Source of the DNA: a virus
Taxonomy: Duplodnaviria > Caudoviricetes
Reading direction: 5' to 3' (one strand)
DNA length: 64,000 nucleotides
Virus record (IMG/VR): IMGVR_UViG_3300032312_001422
Location: 128,001 to 192,000 of that record
Made by a program: the position numbers and the translations under genes. A model generated the notes under the pieces. The model saw only the letters and a list, made by a program, of their open reading frames with translations, made no database searches and was not told the origin of the DNA. Positions 45,265 through 54,949 of this stretch are shown here, piece by piece (within the stretch, counting starts at the first letter, position 1; each line of letters starts with the position of its first letter).

Positions 45265-46172
45265 AACAATACCTAGACGCACTTCAACAAGTTCTTGAGC
45301 AGGGCGAGGTTCGAGACGACCGCACCGGTGTAGGCACTATCAGCCTGTTTGGTTTGCAACACCGTTATGATTTAAGTAAATCGTTTCCGGCAGTAACTAC
45401 TAAACGACTAGCATGGCGAGCTTGTGTGGGTGAACTGTTATGGATGATTGAAGGCTCAGGTAGTGAACGTAGACTGGCAGAAATTACACACGGTACCGCA
45501 GATGGTACAGCAACTATCTGGACTCCAAATGCACTTGCTCCGTACTGGAAACCCCGGGCCCAGTTTGAAGGTGACCTAGGTCGCGTGTACGGAGTACAAT
45601 GGCGTCGCTGGCGCACTCCTGTAGAACACAAAGCTGAAACATTTAAAGATGATTTTGGAAATATATATAATAGACAAGGGCTATTGCATATCAAAGAAGT
45701 TGATCAGCTACAAGAATTAATTGAAGGATTAAAGCAAGACCCGCATGGACGAAGACATATCATATCTGCATGGAACCCTGGTGAATTAGATCAGATGGCC
45801 CTGCCACCATGTCATGTGTTTGCACAATTTTATGTAAGTCAAGACGGCAAATTAAGTTGTCAAATGTATCAAAGAAGTTGCGACATGTTTCTAGGAGTAC
45901 CATTTAATATCGCAAGCTACAGCCTCTTAACGGCCATGATAGCTCAAGTGTGCGGCCTTCAGGTTGGTGAGTTCGTTCACGTTCTCGGCGATGCACACAT
46001 CTACTTGAATCATGTTGAACAGGTAAAAGAACAATTAACACGTGAACCATTACCTGCGCCAACTCTCTGGCTTAACCCAGACATTAAAGATATTACAAAA
46101 TTTACAATGACAGATATTCGTTTAGACGGATACCAATCACACAGTAGCATTAAAGCAGAAATGGCTGTGTAA
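45261..46172 (+). CDS. thyA: thymidylate synthase
   Basis: DDRTGVGT, LGRVYG, ALPPCH, YQRSCDMFLGVPFNIASY, DAHIY. Confidence 0.97.
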   Translation: MKQYLDALQQVLEQGEVRDDRTGVGTISLFGLQHRYDLSKSFPAVTTKRLAWRACVGELLWMIEGSGSERRLAEITHGTADGTATIWTPNALAPYWKPRAQFEGDLGRVYGVQWRRWRTPVEHKAETFKDDFGNIYNRQGLLHIKEVDQLQELIEGLKQDPHGRRHIISAWNPGELDQMALPPCHVFAQFYVSQDGKLSCQMYQRSCDMFLGVPFNIASYSLLTAMIAQVCGLQVGEFVHVLGDAHIYLNHVEQVKEQLTREPLPAPTLWLNPDIKDITKFTMTDIRLDGYQSHSSIKAEMAV

Positions 46173-46897
46173 TGACTTACAGTTATGTTCTTGCCTTTGG
46201 CGATAGTACTACTGCTGGAGCCGAACTAATTGAAAATGCTTTAGACTTGGATTCTATTAAAAAATTAAGTTTCTCAAATCAGTTAGCTGATAAATTAAAC
46301 ATACCTTGTATTAATTTTGCATGGCCTGGCGGTAGTAATGATCGAAGCTTACGTTTGTTACCAGAGGCATTGTTAACTTATCCCAACAGTCTTGTATTAT
46401 TCACCTATACTAGCTTTGATAGAACTGAATTTTTTACTCTAGATTTGGAAATGCAACAAAATGATAGACACGCTGGATTTGGCAAATGTTGGACTCATGT
46501 TAAATCTAGTAAAAGACATCAAGAATTAAACACACAATATCTTAAAAATTTTTATTATGATCCAATTGATTATAATCGATACAGAACATACAATATGATG
46601 TTAAATGTACAACTACTGTGTCAACAATATGCTAAAAACTATTTGCAAATTTTTTTGTATAAGCAATTAATATCATCACCCGACTATCAACAAGTAATCT
46701 ACGATAATATAGATAAAGATCACATTTACAAATTTGATTATGCAACTGAAAAAATTTACTGGAAGCACAATAATCACGGGTTTGGCAGTTTAGACCATTG
46801 GGCAAAAAGCAAAGGATATAGTTTTTGTAAACACGGTCATATTGGGCAAATTGCACATGACTCTTTTGCAAATGAATTGTATAATAAGGTAACATGA
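46172..46897 (+). CDS. SGNH-hydrolase-like protein (AT-rich)
   Basis: FGDSTTAG; GGSNDR; HGHIGQIAH. Confidence 0.68.
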   Translation: MTYSYVLAFGDSTTAGAELIENALDLDSIKKLSFSNQLADKLNIPCINFAWPGGSNDRSLRLLPEALLTYPNSLVLFTYTSFDRTEFFTLDLEMQQNDRHAGFGKCWTHVKSSKRHQELNTQYLKNFYYDPIDYNRYRTYNMMLNVQLLCQQYAKNYLQIFLYKQLISSPDYQQVIYDNIDKDHIYKFDYATEKIYWKHNNHGFGSLDHWAKSKGYSFCKHGHIGQIAHDSFANELYNKVT

Positions 46898-47841
46898 AAA
46901 TATTAGTTACTGGCGGAGCAGGTTTTATCGGACACGGTGTAGTTGCTAAACTAGAAAAACAAGGGCACGAAGTTTGTGTGCTTGATAACTTTACTAACTA
47001 TGGTGTCATCCCTGAAAGAGAAATTAAATCGCTACACGCAGAACGTTTGGCTCGACTTAAAACTACCAGCATACATCGTGTGGATATAAAAAACTATCAT
47101 GACGTAAGTCAGGTATTTGAAGAGTGCTTGCCCGATGTTGTGATACATTGTGCTGCTTTTCCTAGAGCCAAAGTGGTAGATCAAAATCCCGAAGAAGGAT
47201 GTGCTGTGCTTACCAGTGGGCTTGTTAACTTGTTACGTGCCAGCGAACGATGGAAGGTGCGTAGATTTGTTTATATCAGTAGTAGCATGGTCTACGGCGA
47301 CTTTGACATGATTGGCTACGAGGATATGCGATGTAGTCCAAAAGGCATCTACGGCATACTCAAACTTGCAGGCGAAGCATTAACACGAGATCATTGTGAA
47401 CGTGCCGGTATGGATCATGTTATACTACGTCCTTCAGCTGTGTATGGTCCACTTGATGTTGAGGATCGTGTGGTAAGTAAATTTTTAATTGCTGCAATAC
47501 AAAATAAAGAAATTGTGGTACACGGACCGGACGAGTTATTGGACTTTACTTTTGTTGATGATTGTGTGCGTGGTATTGTTAGAGCCGCTAATAGTTTTAA
47601 CAGTAGTGGACGTACTTATAATATTACTAGGGGCCAGAGTCGTACTTTATTAGAAGCTGCTGAACTGGCTATTGAAATTGCCGGTGGTGGTAGGATTAAA
47701 ATAGCTGATGCCAATCCCACATTTCCCAGTAGGGGAACACTGAGCAATATGCGAGCTGGGCAAGACTTTGGCTATCATGGGCGAGTTGATATAGAACAAG
47801 GTTTTCAAACATACTATGAGTGGCTACAGCGTACCGTTTAA
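46894..47841 (+). CDS. NAD-dependent NDP-sugar epimerase/dehydratase
   Basis: TGGAGFIG, SSSMVYG, YGILK. Confidence 0.9.
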   Translation: MKILVTGGAGFIGHGVVAKLEKQGHEVCVLDNFTNYGVIPEREIKSLHAERLARLKTTSIHRVDIKNYHDVSQVFEECLPDVVIHCAAFPRAKVVDQNPEEGCAVLTSGLVNLLRASERWKVRRFVYISSSMVYGDFDMIGYEDMRCSPKGIYGILKLAGEALTRDHCERAGMDHVILRPSAVYGPLDVEDRVVSKFLIAAIQNKEIVVHGPDELLDFTFVDDCVRGIVRAANSFNSSGRTYNITRGQSRTLLEAAELAIEIAGGGRIKIADANPTFPSRGTLSNMRAGQDFGYHGRVDIEQGFQTYYEWLQRTV

Positions 47842-48925
47842 CGGCATAGCCCGTCAATACCAAAATATCCGGGACGAGATCCTAGATGCCAGTGATCGTG
47901 CGTATCGTGGCGGGCAAGTATTAGATGGCCCGTATACGCAGATGTTTGAACGACATATGGCTCAACGATGCATGCGGCAATATAGTGTGGCAGTTAACTC
48001 TGGAACACAAGCATTGTTGTTTGCTCAGTTAGCTACTGCTCGAAGCAAAGGCATAGAAAAGATCATGATTCCCGGCATTAGTTTTGTTGCCACACTTAAC
48101 TCTGTGTTAATGGCCGGCAACGAACCTGTGTACTGTGATGTGGATCACAATGCCTTGCTAGATATAGAAACAATTGATTATGCCTTAGATGGACACATAG
48201 ATACTGTTATGTATGTTAACATGTTTGGCAATGTGTTAGACTACAATAAACTATTAAATGTTACCAAGTTTTTCAACGAAGATGTCAAGATAATTGAAGA
48301 TGCTGCACAAAGTTTTGGTGCCAGCTACAACGGTGTTCCATCAGGCAAACTAGGAGACGTAAGCGTACTGAGTTTTGATCCCACAAAAAATCTAAACAAT
48401 TACGGGTCAGGTGGAATGATACTCACAGACGACTATGATATCTATCAATTTGCTTTGGCTCTGAGGGACAATGGCAAAGTATTAAACCACGACTTTGCCG
48501 GCACCAACAGTAAGATGAGTGATTCAGACTGTGCTCAAATGTTAGTCAAGCTAAAATATTTTGATGGGTGGCAACGACGTCGTGCAGAAATTGCAGACTT
48601 TTATATAGAGCACTTGACTGACTGGGTAGATGTGCTGTTGCCCAATCAGGATGTAGAACATGCATGGCACAAGTTTGTTATTCGTACTGGATCACGTAGT
48701 GCCATGCAAGGCATGTTGGCCAGCAAAGGCATTGAAACTAAAATACACTATGAGCAACCGTTGTTTGAACATGCGGTAGGGTGGGACTATGTGGATTATG
48801 CTAGAGATATCATGCGTGGTAGCACAGCACACAGCAAAGAAGCATTGAGTCTGCCTATCTATCCTGAAATGACGGACACCGAAGTAGAACTTGTGGTTGA
48901 GTCTATCGAGGCTTACTTAAATTAA
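47816..48925 (+). CDS. DegT/DnrJ/EryC1/StrS aminotransferase
   Basis: VNSGTQAL, IEDAAQSFG, SFDPTKNL, LSLPIYP. Confidence 0.93.
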   Translation: MSGYSVPFNGIARQYQNIRDEILDASDRAYRGGQVLDGPYTQMFERHMAQRCMRQYSVAVNSGTQALLFAQLATARSKGIEKIMIPGISFVATLNSVLMAGNEPVYCDVDHNALLDIETIDYALDGHIDTVMYVNMFGNVLDYNKLLNVTKFFNEDVKIIEDAAQSFGASYNGVPSGKLGDVSVLSFDPTKNLNNYGSGGMILTDDYDIYQFALALRDNGKVLNHDFAGTNSKMSDSDCAQMLVKLKYFDGWQRRRAEIADFYIEHLTDWVDVLLPNQDVEHAWHKFVIRTGSRSAMQGMLASKGIETKIHYEQPLFEHAVGWDYVDYARDIMRGSTAHSKEALSLPIYPEMTDTEVELVVESIEAYLN

Positions 48926-50738
48926 AACGTTCTCTTAACCACTGCCAGTCAAAACTGAATTTTAATCGTTCGTAGTCGCCGCCAACTTCTGTGTAATACA
49001 CCACAGCATCTTTTGCTCCACAAATACTCCAATTGGCAAAATCTCCATTGGCAATGGTTAGCCAAACATTAAGTCTATGCTCAGTTTCTACAGTAGGCGC
49101 CGTGGCCATAAAATGTTGTAGTTTGATCACTTCACGAAAAGCAGTTCGCCAAGTCATCCACGGTGACTGATTGTAATGTGCTACACCACTTAGTATAGGA
49201 ACACTCTCGTGTGGTTGACTCAGGGTAAAGTCTATGCCTGGTGTGTTATTCTCCAGTACCAATCGTTTATTATAAGCAATAACACCTTGGTGTCCATACT
49301 CTAATCCGTTTACAGGATTACGAGCATTAAAAATATAATGTTTGGGTTCTTGGAAGTAATCGGGTAACCAGGTATGCCAAGGAAAAGTATTGCCCAAAAC
49401 TTCTAGTTTAGCAAACACAGCAAAGAACCAAGGTGTTGAGCTTTGTCTAGCAGCTTCTTGATAGGCAGCTGTTCGTCCGTTTATGCCACGTACCCATTTT
49501 GCATGATAGTTACTTTGGTAACACAAGTGATCGTACCATTTTTCTTCGTCAGGTTCGCCATTGCTGATATACACTATGTCAAGGCAATCACGGCCTCCTA
49601 GGTAGTCGTTTAACCTCGGTTTCGCGTCCTCAATGTAGGGATAATCGTAGATTTGTGTACGCAAATCCTCCTTGATATCTCGAGGTACTATCGCAGTAGC
49701 ACCTGCGGTACTAATTCGCACTACAGCACGGTCTTTCTTGGTCCATAAGCAAGGGTTATCGTGTAACACCAGATCTTTTTGGTTGGTGAACACAGCGTAC
49801 GGAGTTTCAAACTTGTAGTTTTTGATTTCGGTTACCAAGTCATCGGTTGCGTATTGATGCACTGGCATACCAAAACGTTCTACCTGCTGATCGTCACAAT
49901 AGTTGATAACATTGAACCAATCCAGTAACTCTAACTCAAACATCTGTTGGGTAAAACTGGGAACATGTATATAAAATGTATCTCCACGACGTTGATTGCC
50001 TGTGGGAAAGCAATGTATCATTTCTCGCTGTGCTTCGCTAGGATGCCAGGTAAAGTCAAACTGTGTATAATCACATACGCTACTAATGATCCATACATAT
50101 TCTGTAGTGGCCATGTTCATAATACGCTTGAACACGTTGAGATGGTTGTCCACATATCTTGTTCGCTTGATATCAGGATGATCTAATTTTAACAAATCAA
50201 ATTGATGACGTGCTATGCCGCCATTTAAGAAGTCCATGTAGAATATTTGTGTGGCACCGGCACGTATGCGTTGATCAGTCATGTACTTGACGCCGGCTGT
50301 GCCTGGATATACAGGGCCACCTTCACGTTGCCATTGTGTGGGGAAACGATATTCATAGTCAGGTTCAGTACGATCTGGATGCCAGCTATAATCAAACTTG
50401 CTATCGTCTATGTTGTCTGGCACTTGCCACAGGGCTCGCTCAGGACGACGTCGAACACTTTGTTCTGTGTGAAAGTGCCATTGTTGATTTTGATGAGTGC
50501 GTCGATTGGCCAGATATACTTCGCCGTTACGTTGATGCTGGCTAGGCCACACATGCAAGTGATCAGTTTCCCAAGGTACTGGCACGTATTCAAAGTCGAA
50601 GCCTGTGTAATCATTGCCCCCATAAATATACCAGTAGTGTGTAGTCTTACATTTATTAGCGGCATCTTCCAAAGAAGTCGCAGGTTGTTCAAAAGCAAAC
50701 AAGCCCGGTTTATCGCCAAAGTAAAAAACATCAAACAT
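48903..50738 (-). CDS. multi-module glycosyltransferase-like (GT-A-like) protein
   Basis: Three related modules (..D[VI][FV]Y..; [YW][FW][WY]I..; FD[FY].W.P). Confidence 0.55.
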   Translation of the reverse strand: MFDVFYFGDKPGLFAFEQPATSLEDAANKCKTTHYWYIYGGNDYTGFDFEYVPVPWETDHLHVWPSQHQRNGEVYLANRRTHQNQQWHFHTEQSVRRRPERALWQVPDNIDDSKFDYSWHPDRTEPDYEYRFPTQWQREGGPVYPGTAGVKYMTDQRIRAGATQIFYMDFLNGGIARHQFDLLKLDHPDIKRTRYVDNHLNVFKRIMNMATTEYVWIISSVCDYTQFDFTWHPSEAQREMIHCFPTGNQRRGDTFYIHVPSFTQQMFELELLDWFNVINYCDDQQVERFGMPVHQYATDDLVTEIKNYKFETPYAVFTNQKDLVLHDNPCLWTKKDRAVVRISTAGATAIVPRDIKEDLRTQIYDYPYIEDAKPRLNDYLGGRDCLDIVYISNGEPDEEKWYDHLCYQSNYHAKWVRGINGRTAAYQEAARQSSTPWFFAVFAKLEVLGNTFPWHTWLPDYFQEPKHYIFNARNPVNGLEYGHQGVIAYNKRLVLENNTPGIDFTLSQPHESVPILSGVAHYNQSPWMTWRTAFREVIKLQHFMATAPTVETEHRLNVWLTIANGDFANWSICGAKDAVVYYTEVGGDYERLKFSFDWQWLRERFNLSKPR

Positions 50739-51903
50739 GTATAACTTATCCAGTCATTACGAAAATATATTCCAACACCTACAAACTATTATAACAGATC
50801 CTAGGGTGGTTTACCTACACCCTTTTGGATCAACTCTACCAGAAAATCTAGAATTTCGAAGAAATGACATTGGTGCAGGACAGTTCCGTGGACCAATGTT
50901 TATCTTTTACGATCAAGAGCCCCTGGACCTTGAATACAACCGACCTGTGTTTGAAGCCATTACTGCTCTCGAACAAAAACCGTTTATTCTAGTATCCACT
51001 GAACGTGACAGTGATGAAGCCACTCGTATCTGTGAAGAGTTTCCATTTTTGCACATCAATTATTTCTTTCATATATTTGCTGCACACGATTGGTTCCGTG
51101 GACATCAGATGCTTCCAGGAATACAACTACCGCATGAACGTACATTAGAAAAAACATATATATCGTTTAATCGACTGACCAGTAATCGTCGTATCTATCG
51201 TAGTTTGCTAGTCAACGAGTTGTACAAAAACAATTTACTAGAACACGGCTATGTGAGTTACAGTCACCATTGTCCAGATGATGGAGCATTTGATGACAAC
51301 CTACGCCGAGGAGTTCCTGAATATGAGTTTGACTCTGCATATATCGAAGAAGCTATTGCTAACATAAAACAAATACCAGAGTTGCGTATAGACTTTGCTG
51401 GACAAGACATTCCCAATCAAAGTATGCTGCTGAGTCCTATGACAGAGCTAATGAAGAGCTTTGTATTTTTAGTAACAGAGACTTGCTTCTTTCAAACAAA
51501 AACACACTTGACAGAAAAGATATTTAAACCCATTGTGTTACGTATGCCGTTTGTACTTGCCGGCTGTGCTCATAACTTGGCATATTTGCGTAGCTATGGA
51601 TTTCGTACATTCGGTGATTACTGGGACGAAAGTTACGACACCATAGAAGATCCTGTACTACGCATCAAAGCTATCACACAGGTAATAAAAACCGTTAGCG
51701 AATTAAGTACAGAACAACAAATGACCATGTTGCTAGACATGCAACCTATATTGGAACATAACTATAATTTGTTCAATGATCCTGCGTTTATCAAACGTGA
51801 ATGGGATCATTTAATAAATTCTATCACAGCAATAGATCGTGCGTTTCAGCGTATACCCCCATACCGACTAGACGTTAGGACTGGTTTACCCGTCCCCATT
51901 TAA
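50737..51903 (+). CDS. glycosyltransferase-like protein (GT10/fucosyltransferase-like TEK motif)
   Basis: FLVTETCFF...HLTEKIFKPIVLRMPF. Confidence 0.55.
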   Translation: MYNLSSHYENIFQHLQTIITDPRVVYLHPFGSTLPENLEFRRNDIGAGQFRGPMFIFYDQEPLDLEYNRPVFEAITALEQKPFILVSTERDSDEATRICEEFPFLHINYFFHIFAAHDWFRGHQMLPGIQLPHERTLEKTYISFNRLTSNRRIYRSLLVNELYKNNLLEHGYVSYSHHCPDDGAFDDNLRRGVPEYEFDSAYIEEAIANIKQIPELRIDFAGQDIPNQSMLLSPMTELMKSFVFLVTETCFFQTKTHLTEKIFKPIVLRMPFVLAGCAHNLAYLRSYGFRTFGDYWDESYDTIEDPVLRIKAITQVIKTVSELSTEQQMTMLLDMQPILEHNYNLFNDPAFIKREWDHLINSITAIDRAFQRIPPYRLDVRTGLPVPI

Positions 51904-52087
51904 TTTGATCCCATACACGCTCATGTATAAAGTATAGAACAGTATTTGTTACCAATTGAATAGTTGCTATACTGCCCGCAATAACAAAATTTCCAGATAT
52001 CAAATAACTGATCCCAAACGTAGCACTACTACCGGTTATGCGCCAGGTAATAGTTTTTATTAAACTCCGTTTGGGTTTATCAATCAC
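51875..52087 (-). CDS. DUF2061-like small membrane protein
   Basis: RSLIKTITWR...YFIHERVW. Confidence 0.8.
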   Translation of the reverse strand: MIDKPKRSLIKTITWRITGSSATFGISYLISGNFVIAGSIATIQLVTNTVLYFIHERVWDQIKWGRVNQS

Positions 52088-52941
52088 TTTAATCCCAGCT
52101 CTTTACGAATCTTTGTGGCACTGATGTCAGTGATTGTTTCATCAAACGTTTCTTCCCCGCTGGTGTATCCTACTCCGCGGCCCCAACCAATGTGTACAAT
52201 GTTAGGAACTACCTGTATTTCATATTGCCCTTGATAGATAGGATCTAAGTCACGTCTAATAAATGCCTTGACTTTTGCCACCTCAAAAGGATTTGATCCT
52301 TGCCAGCCCTGTACATCACGTATCTGAATAACCACTTGCCCTGTACGCTGTATTAGTCGATCAAACAAGGCACGGTGCCCGTCATGCCAAGGTTGCCAAC
52401 GTCCCAACATTTGTACAGTTTCCTTCTTCCAATCAAACGTAGGACGGCGGCGATTGTCAATTATGTGTTGACCAATAAACTCAGCCCATTTGTCTGCATC
52501 TTGTTCTGTAACACGGAAGTCATACACGTCAGGCTCAACAAAGGCCGCATTGGTGTCGGCATAACGACCTTCGCGGATAGTGTCTACCCAGATGGTCCAG
52601 TCAGCTTTGAAGTTGTTACGCATCTCCACCAAGGGTGCAACAAAGTCACAGATCACATAGTCGCCGCCAGCTTCTATGCTGAACTGAAACATGCGTAGGC
52701 TTTGGCGGATACGTCCTTCATTGCTAAAATCCCAGTCGTTGTACTTGCGGCGAATGTCGTCGGCATTAAACCAAGTTACCTTAGCATCAAACCCGGTTAC
52801 TGGAAGTTGTTCGGCAGAATACATACTCATTGTTCCGTGCTGTTCCAAATACTTTTTAAGAGCACCGGCCAAGGTTGTTTTACCCGCACCCGGCAGGCCC
52901 ATGATTAAAATACGTTGTGTCATTTTATTTTCCTTTACCAA
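52084..52941 (-). CDS. APS-kinase-like P-loop domain fused to a HIGH-type nucleotidyltransferase
   Basis: GLPGAGKTT, NADDIR...DFS.EGR; LGRWQPWHDGH. Confidence 0.8.
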   Translation of the reverse strand: MVKENKMTQRILIMGLPGAGKTTLAGALKKYLEQHGTMSMYSAEQLPVTGFDAKVTWFNADDIRRKYNDWDFSNEGRIRQSLRMFQFSIEAGGDYVICDFVAPLVEMRNNFKADWTIWVDTIREGRYADTNAAFVEPDVYDFRVTEQDADKWAEFIGQHIIDNRRRPTFDWKKETVQMLGRWQPWHDGHRALFDRLIQRTGQVVIQIRDVQGWQGSNPFEVAKVKAFIRRDLDPIYQGQYEIQVVPNIVHIGWGRGVGYTSGEETFDETITDISATKIRKELGLK

Positions 52942-53477
52942 ATATCTGATGGTACTTCGGTGTTTCTAAATCCTTGATACAAACTCATTCTGTAGTTAGT
53001 GACTGGATGTTGCATGCCGTGTGGTATGCGTGTAGGACCTATCAGCATATATCCTGTGTTTGCTCGATAGGGTACGGTGTGCCATGCACCTTCGTCATAG
53101 CAACAGGTTCCCATATTTTCTGCACCGTCGCTGAGATAAACTTGTATATTAACACAATGATTGGGGCTGACATCTCCATCGTGTATGGTATTGATATAGC
53201 CGTTGTCGTCGTACCATAGTTGTGGACCATTTTGATATAACGGTCCAACACGTGGCTCGGCTGTTCTAACATATTTTTTTAATTCTGCATGTATCTGTTG
53301 TGCAAGATATTCATTAACTGATAAACTCAACTGTTGACGTTTTACATCTGTGTTATCATCTGAAATTTGATCCCATGTGGATCTGTCTTGATCAAAACTA
53401 GATGTCAGTCTTTGATAAAGAGCTGGACTAAACACATCAGTAAGTTGATAAAAATTTTCTGTAATTTTTACGAGCAT
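52935..53477 (-). CDS. 2OG-Fe(II) oxygenase-like protein
   Basis: IHDGD (HxD-like)...IQVYL...PHG...R.S. Confidence 0.62.
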   Translation of the reverse strand: MLVKITENFYQLTDVFSPALYQRLTSSFDQDRSTWDQISDDNTDVKRQQLSLSVNEYLAQQIHAELKKYVRTAEPRVGPLYQNGPQLWYDDNGYINTIHDGDVSPNHCVNIQVYLSDGAENMGTCCYDEGAWHTVPYRANTGYMLIGPTRIPHGMQHPVTNYRMSLYQGFRNTEVPSDIW

Positions 53478-54949
53478 ACACGTACTCCGTACAGTTGCTC
53501 AAAGCGATCTGCATCCGCACGATCATTAACCATGGGCTCGCCGCGAATATTTAGACTGGTGTTTAACAACATGGGACAACCGGTCATTACATACCACTTT
53601 TCTAGGAGTTCTCTAATGCCTGAGCCATCAGCTGCAACCGTCTGTACTCGGCTAGTGCCGTCGTGATGCACAATAGCAGGAAAAGCGTCAGGCATGCGGC
53701 AATGTGCGACTGACTGCATATAAGGACTATCACTGAAGCCGCGGGGCATATCAAAAAATAACTCAGCTTGCTCAGCCAGGATAACTGGCGCAAATGGCCT
53801 AAACTTTTGTCTACGTTTGATTTCATTGACACGGTCTTTTATATCTGGTCCACGCGGGTCGGCGAGGAGACTTCGGTTCCCAAGGGCACGAGGTCCAAAT
53901 TCGGCTCGTCCACTAGCAACTCCAACGATTTTATCGCGGAGTAAACAATCCAGGACGGCATTGACGGGATAGTTGCCGCCAATTGTGTGACCAAGGTATG
54001 CGTTGTTGAAGTCAATTCTTTTGCCATAGGCGAGTGCAGCGGCACCAAGACTACTACCAGCATCGCCAGGATTAGGCATGATCCAAATTTTTTCAAAATA
54101 ATCACCAAGATTACGATTAGCTAAACAGTTTAGGGCAACCCCGCCCATGTAAACCAAATTTCTGCTCCAGCCAAAGTCTTTGGCTCGACGCATAACATTA
54201 TATATCAAATTTTCACAAAAAGCCTGGCTAGATGTGGCTATATCGTATTCTAGATGTTTGGCTAAAAATTCCTCATCTACACCCAGGTGCAAATTTTGTA
54301 CAAATTCAATATCCCACTCATTGGACATTAATGCATTTTTAATTTGTGCAGCAACTTTAGGTTCGCCATAGGCTGCCATGCCCATTAATATGTATTCTTC
54401 TTCATTGGGTTTTAATCCCACACGCTGAGTCATTGCTGAGTAAAACAGGCCTATACTGTGTGGATATCTCTGTCCCCATAGTCTATGATATTTTGCTCGA
54501 CCATTATCGTAGTGAGCACCCCATATACTAATTGTGTCCCATTCACCAATAGCATCAATAACAACCACTGTGGCTCGATCAAATGTGCTAGTCTGGAATC
54601 CTGCTGCGGCGTGACTTAAATGATGACTGTGTGTGCTAACAGGAGTGCCAGAAAAGAATCCGCCTAGTTGTTGTTTAAGTACCTGGCGTGTGGTTAACTT
54701 ATCCCACTCTAGACCTTGCCCACTATATAACTGACGTAACTGTTTCTTCCACGGGGTTTCGTAGTAGGCAATGTGATCAATATGACGCCACCCGTTACAG
54801 GACAAGTCAAGAAGCATTTCCTTGTGTAGGTTGGGGTCATTCTTAATCTTGCTGTAGCGTTCTGAGTGCCCGGCATATAAGATTTCACCGTTGTTGATTA
54901 CTGTTGCGGCGGCATCATGGAAGCCAGCCGATATTCCTAATATGTTCAT
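53468..54949 (-). CDS. carbamoyltransferase (NodU/CmcH/TobZ family)
   Basis: HDAAA, SERYSK, HHLSHAA, DAIGE, GGVALNC, EFGPRALGNRS, RPFAP, LNTSLN. Confidence 0.95.
   Translation of the reverse strand: MNILGISAGFHDAAATVINNGEILYAGHSERYSKIKNDPNLHKEMLLDLSCNGWRHIDHIAYYETPWKKQLRQLYSGQGLEWDKLTTRQVLKQQLGGFFSGTPVSTHSHHLSHAAAGFQTSTFDRATVVVIDAIGEWDTISIWGAHYDNGRAKYHRLWGQRYPHSIGLFYSAMTQRVGLKPNEEEYILMGMAAYGEPKVAAQIKNALMSNEWDIEFVQNLHLGVDEEFLAKHLEYDIATSSQAFCENLIYNVMRRAKDFGWSRNLVYMGGVALNCLANRNLGDYFEKIWIMPNPGDAGSSLGAAALAYGKRIDFNNAYLGHTIGGNYPVNAVLDCLLRDKIVGVASGRAEFGPRALGNRSLLADPRGPDIKDRVNEIKRRQKFRPFAPVILAEQAELFFDMPRGFSDSPYMQSVAHCRMPDAFPAIVHHDGTSRVQTVAADGSGIRELLEKWYVMTGCPMLLNTSLNIRGEPMVNDRADADRFEQLYGVRVCS

Noticed and set aside
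45261-46172. thyA as a dCMP/dUMP hydroxymethylase for pyrimidine hypermodification
   Set aside because: It keeps canonical ThyA motifs including the dUMP-specifying Asn (PFN) and sits beside DHFR.
53468-54949. Carbamoyltransferase as a 5-hydroxymethylcytosine DNA carbamoyltransferase
   Set aside because: No hydroxymethylase is recognisable in the window and the neighbours are glycan-type enzymes. Not excluded genome-wide.
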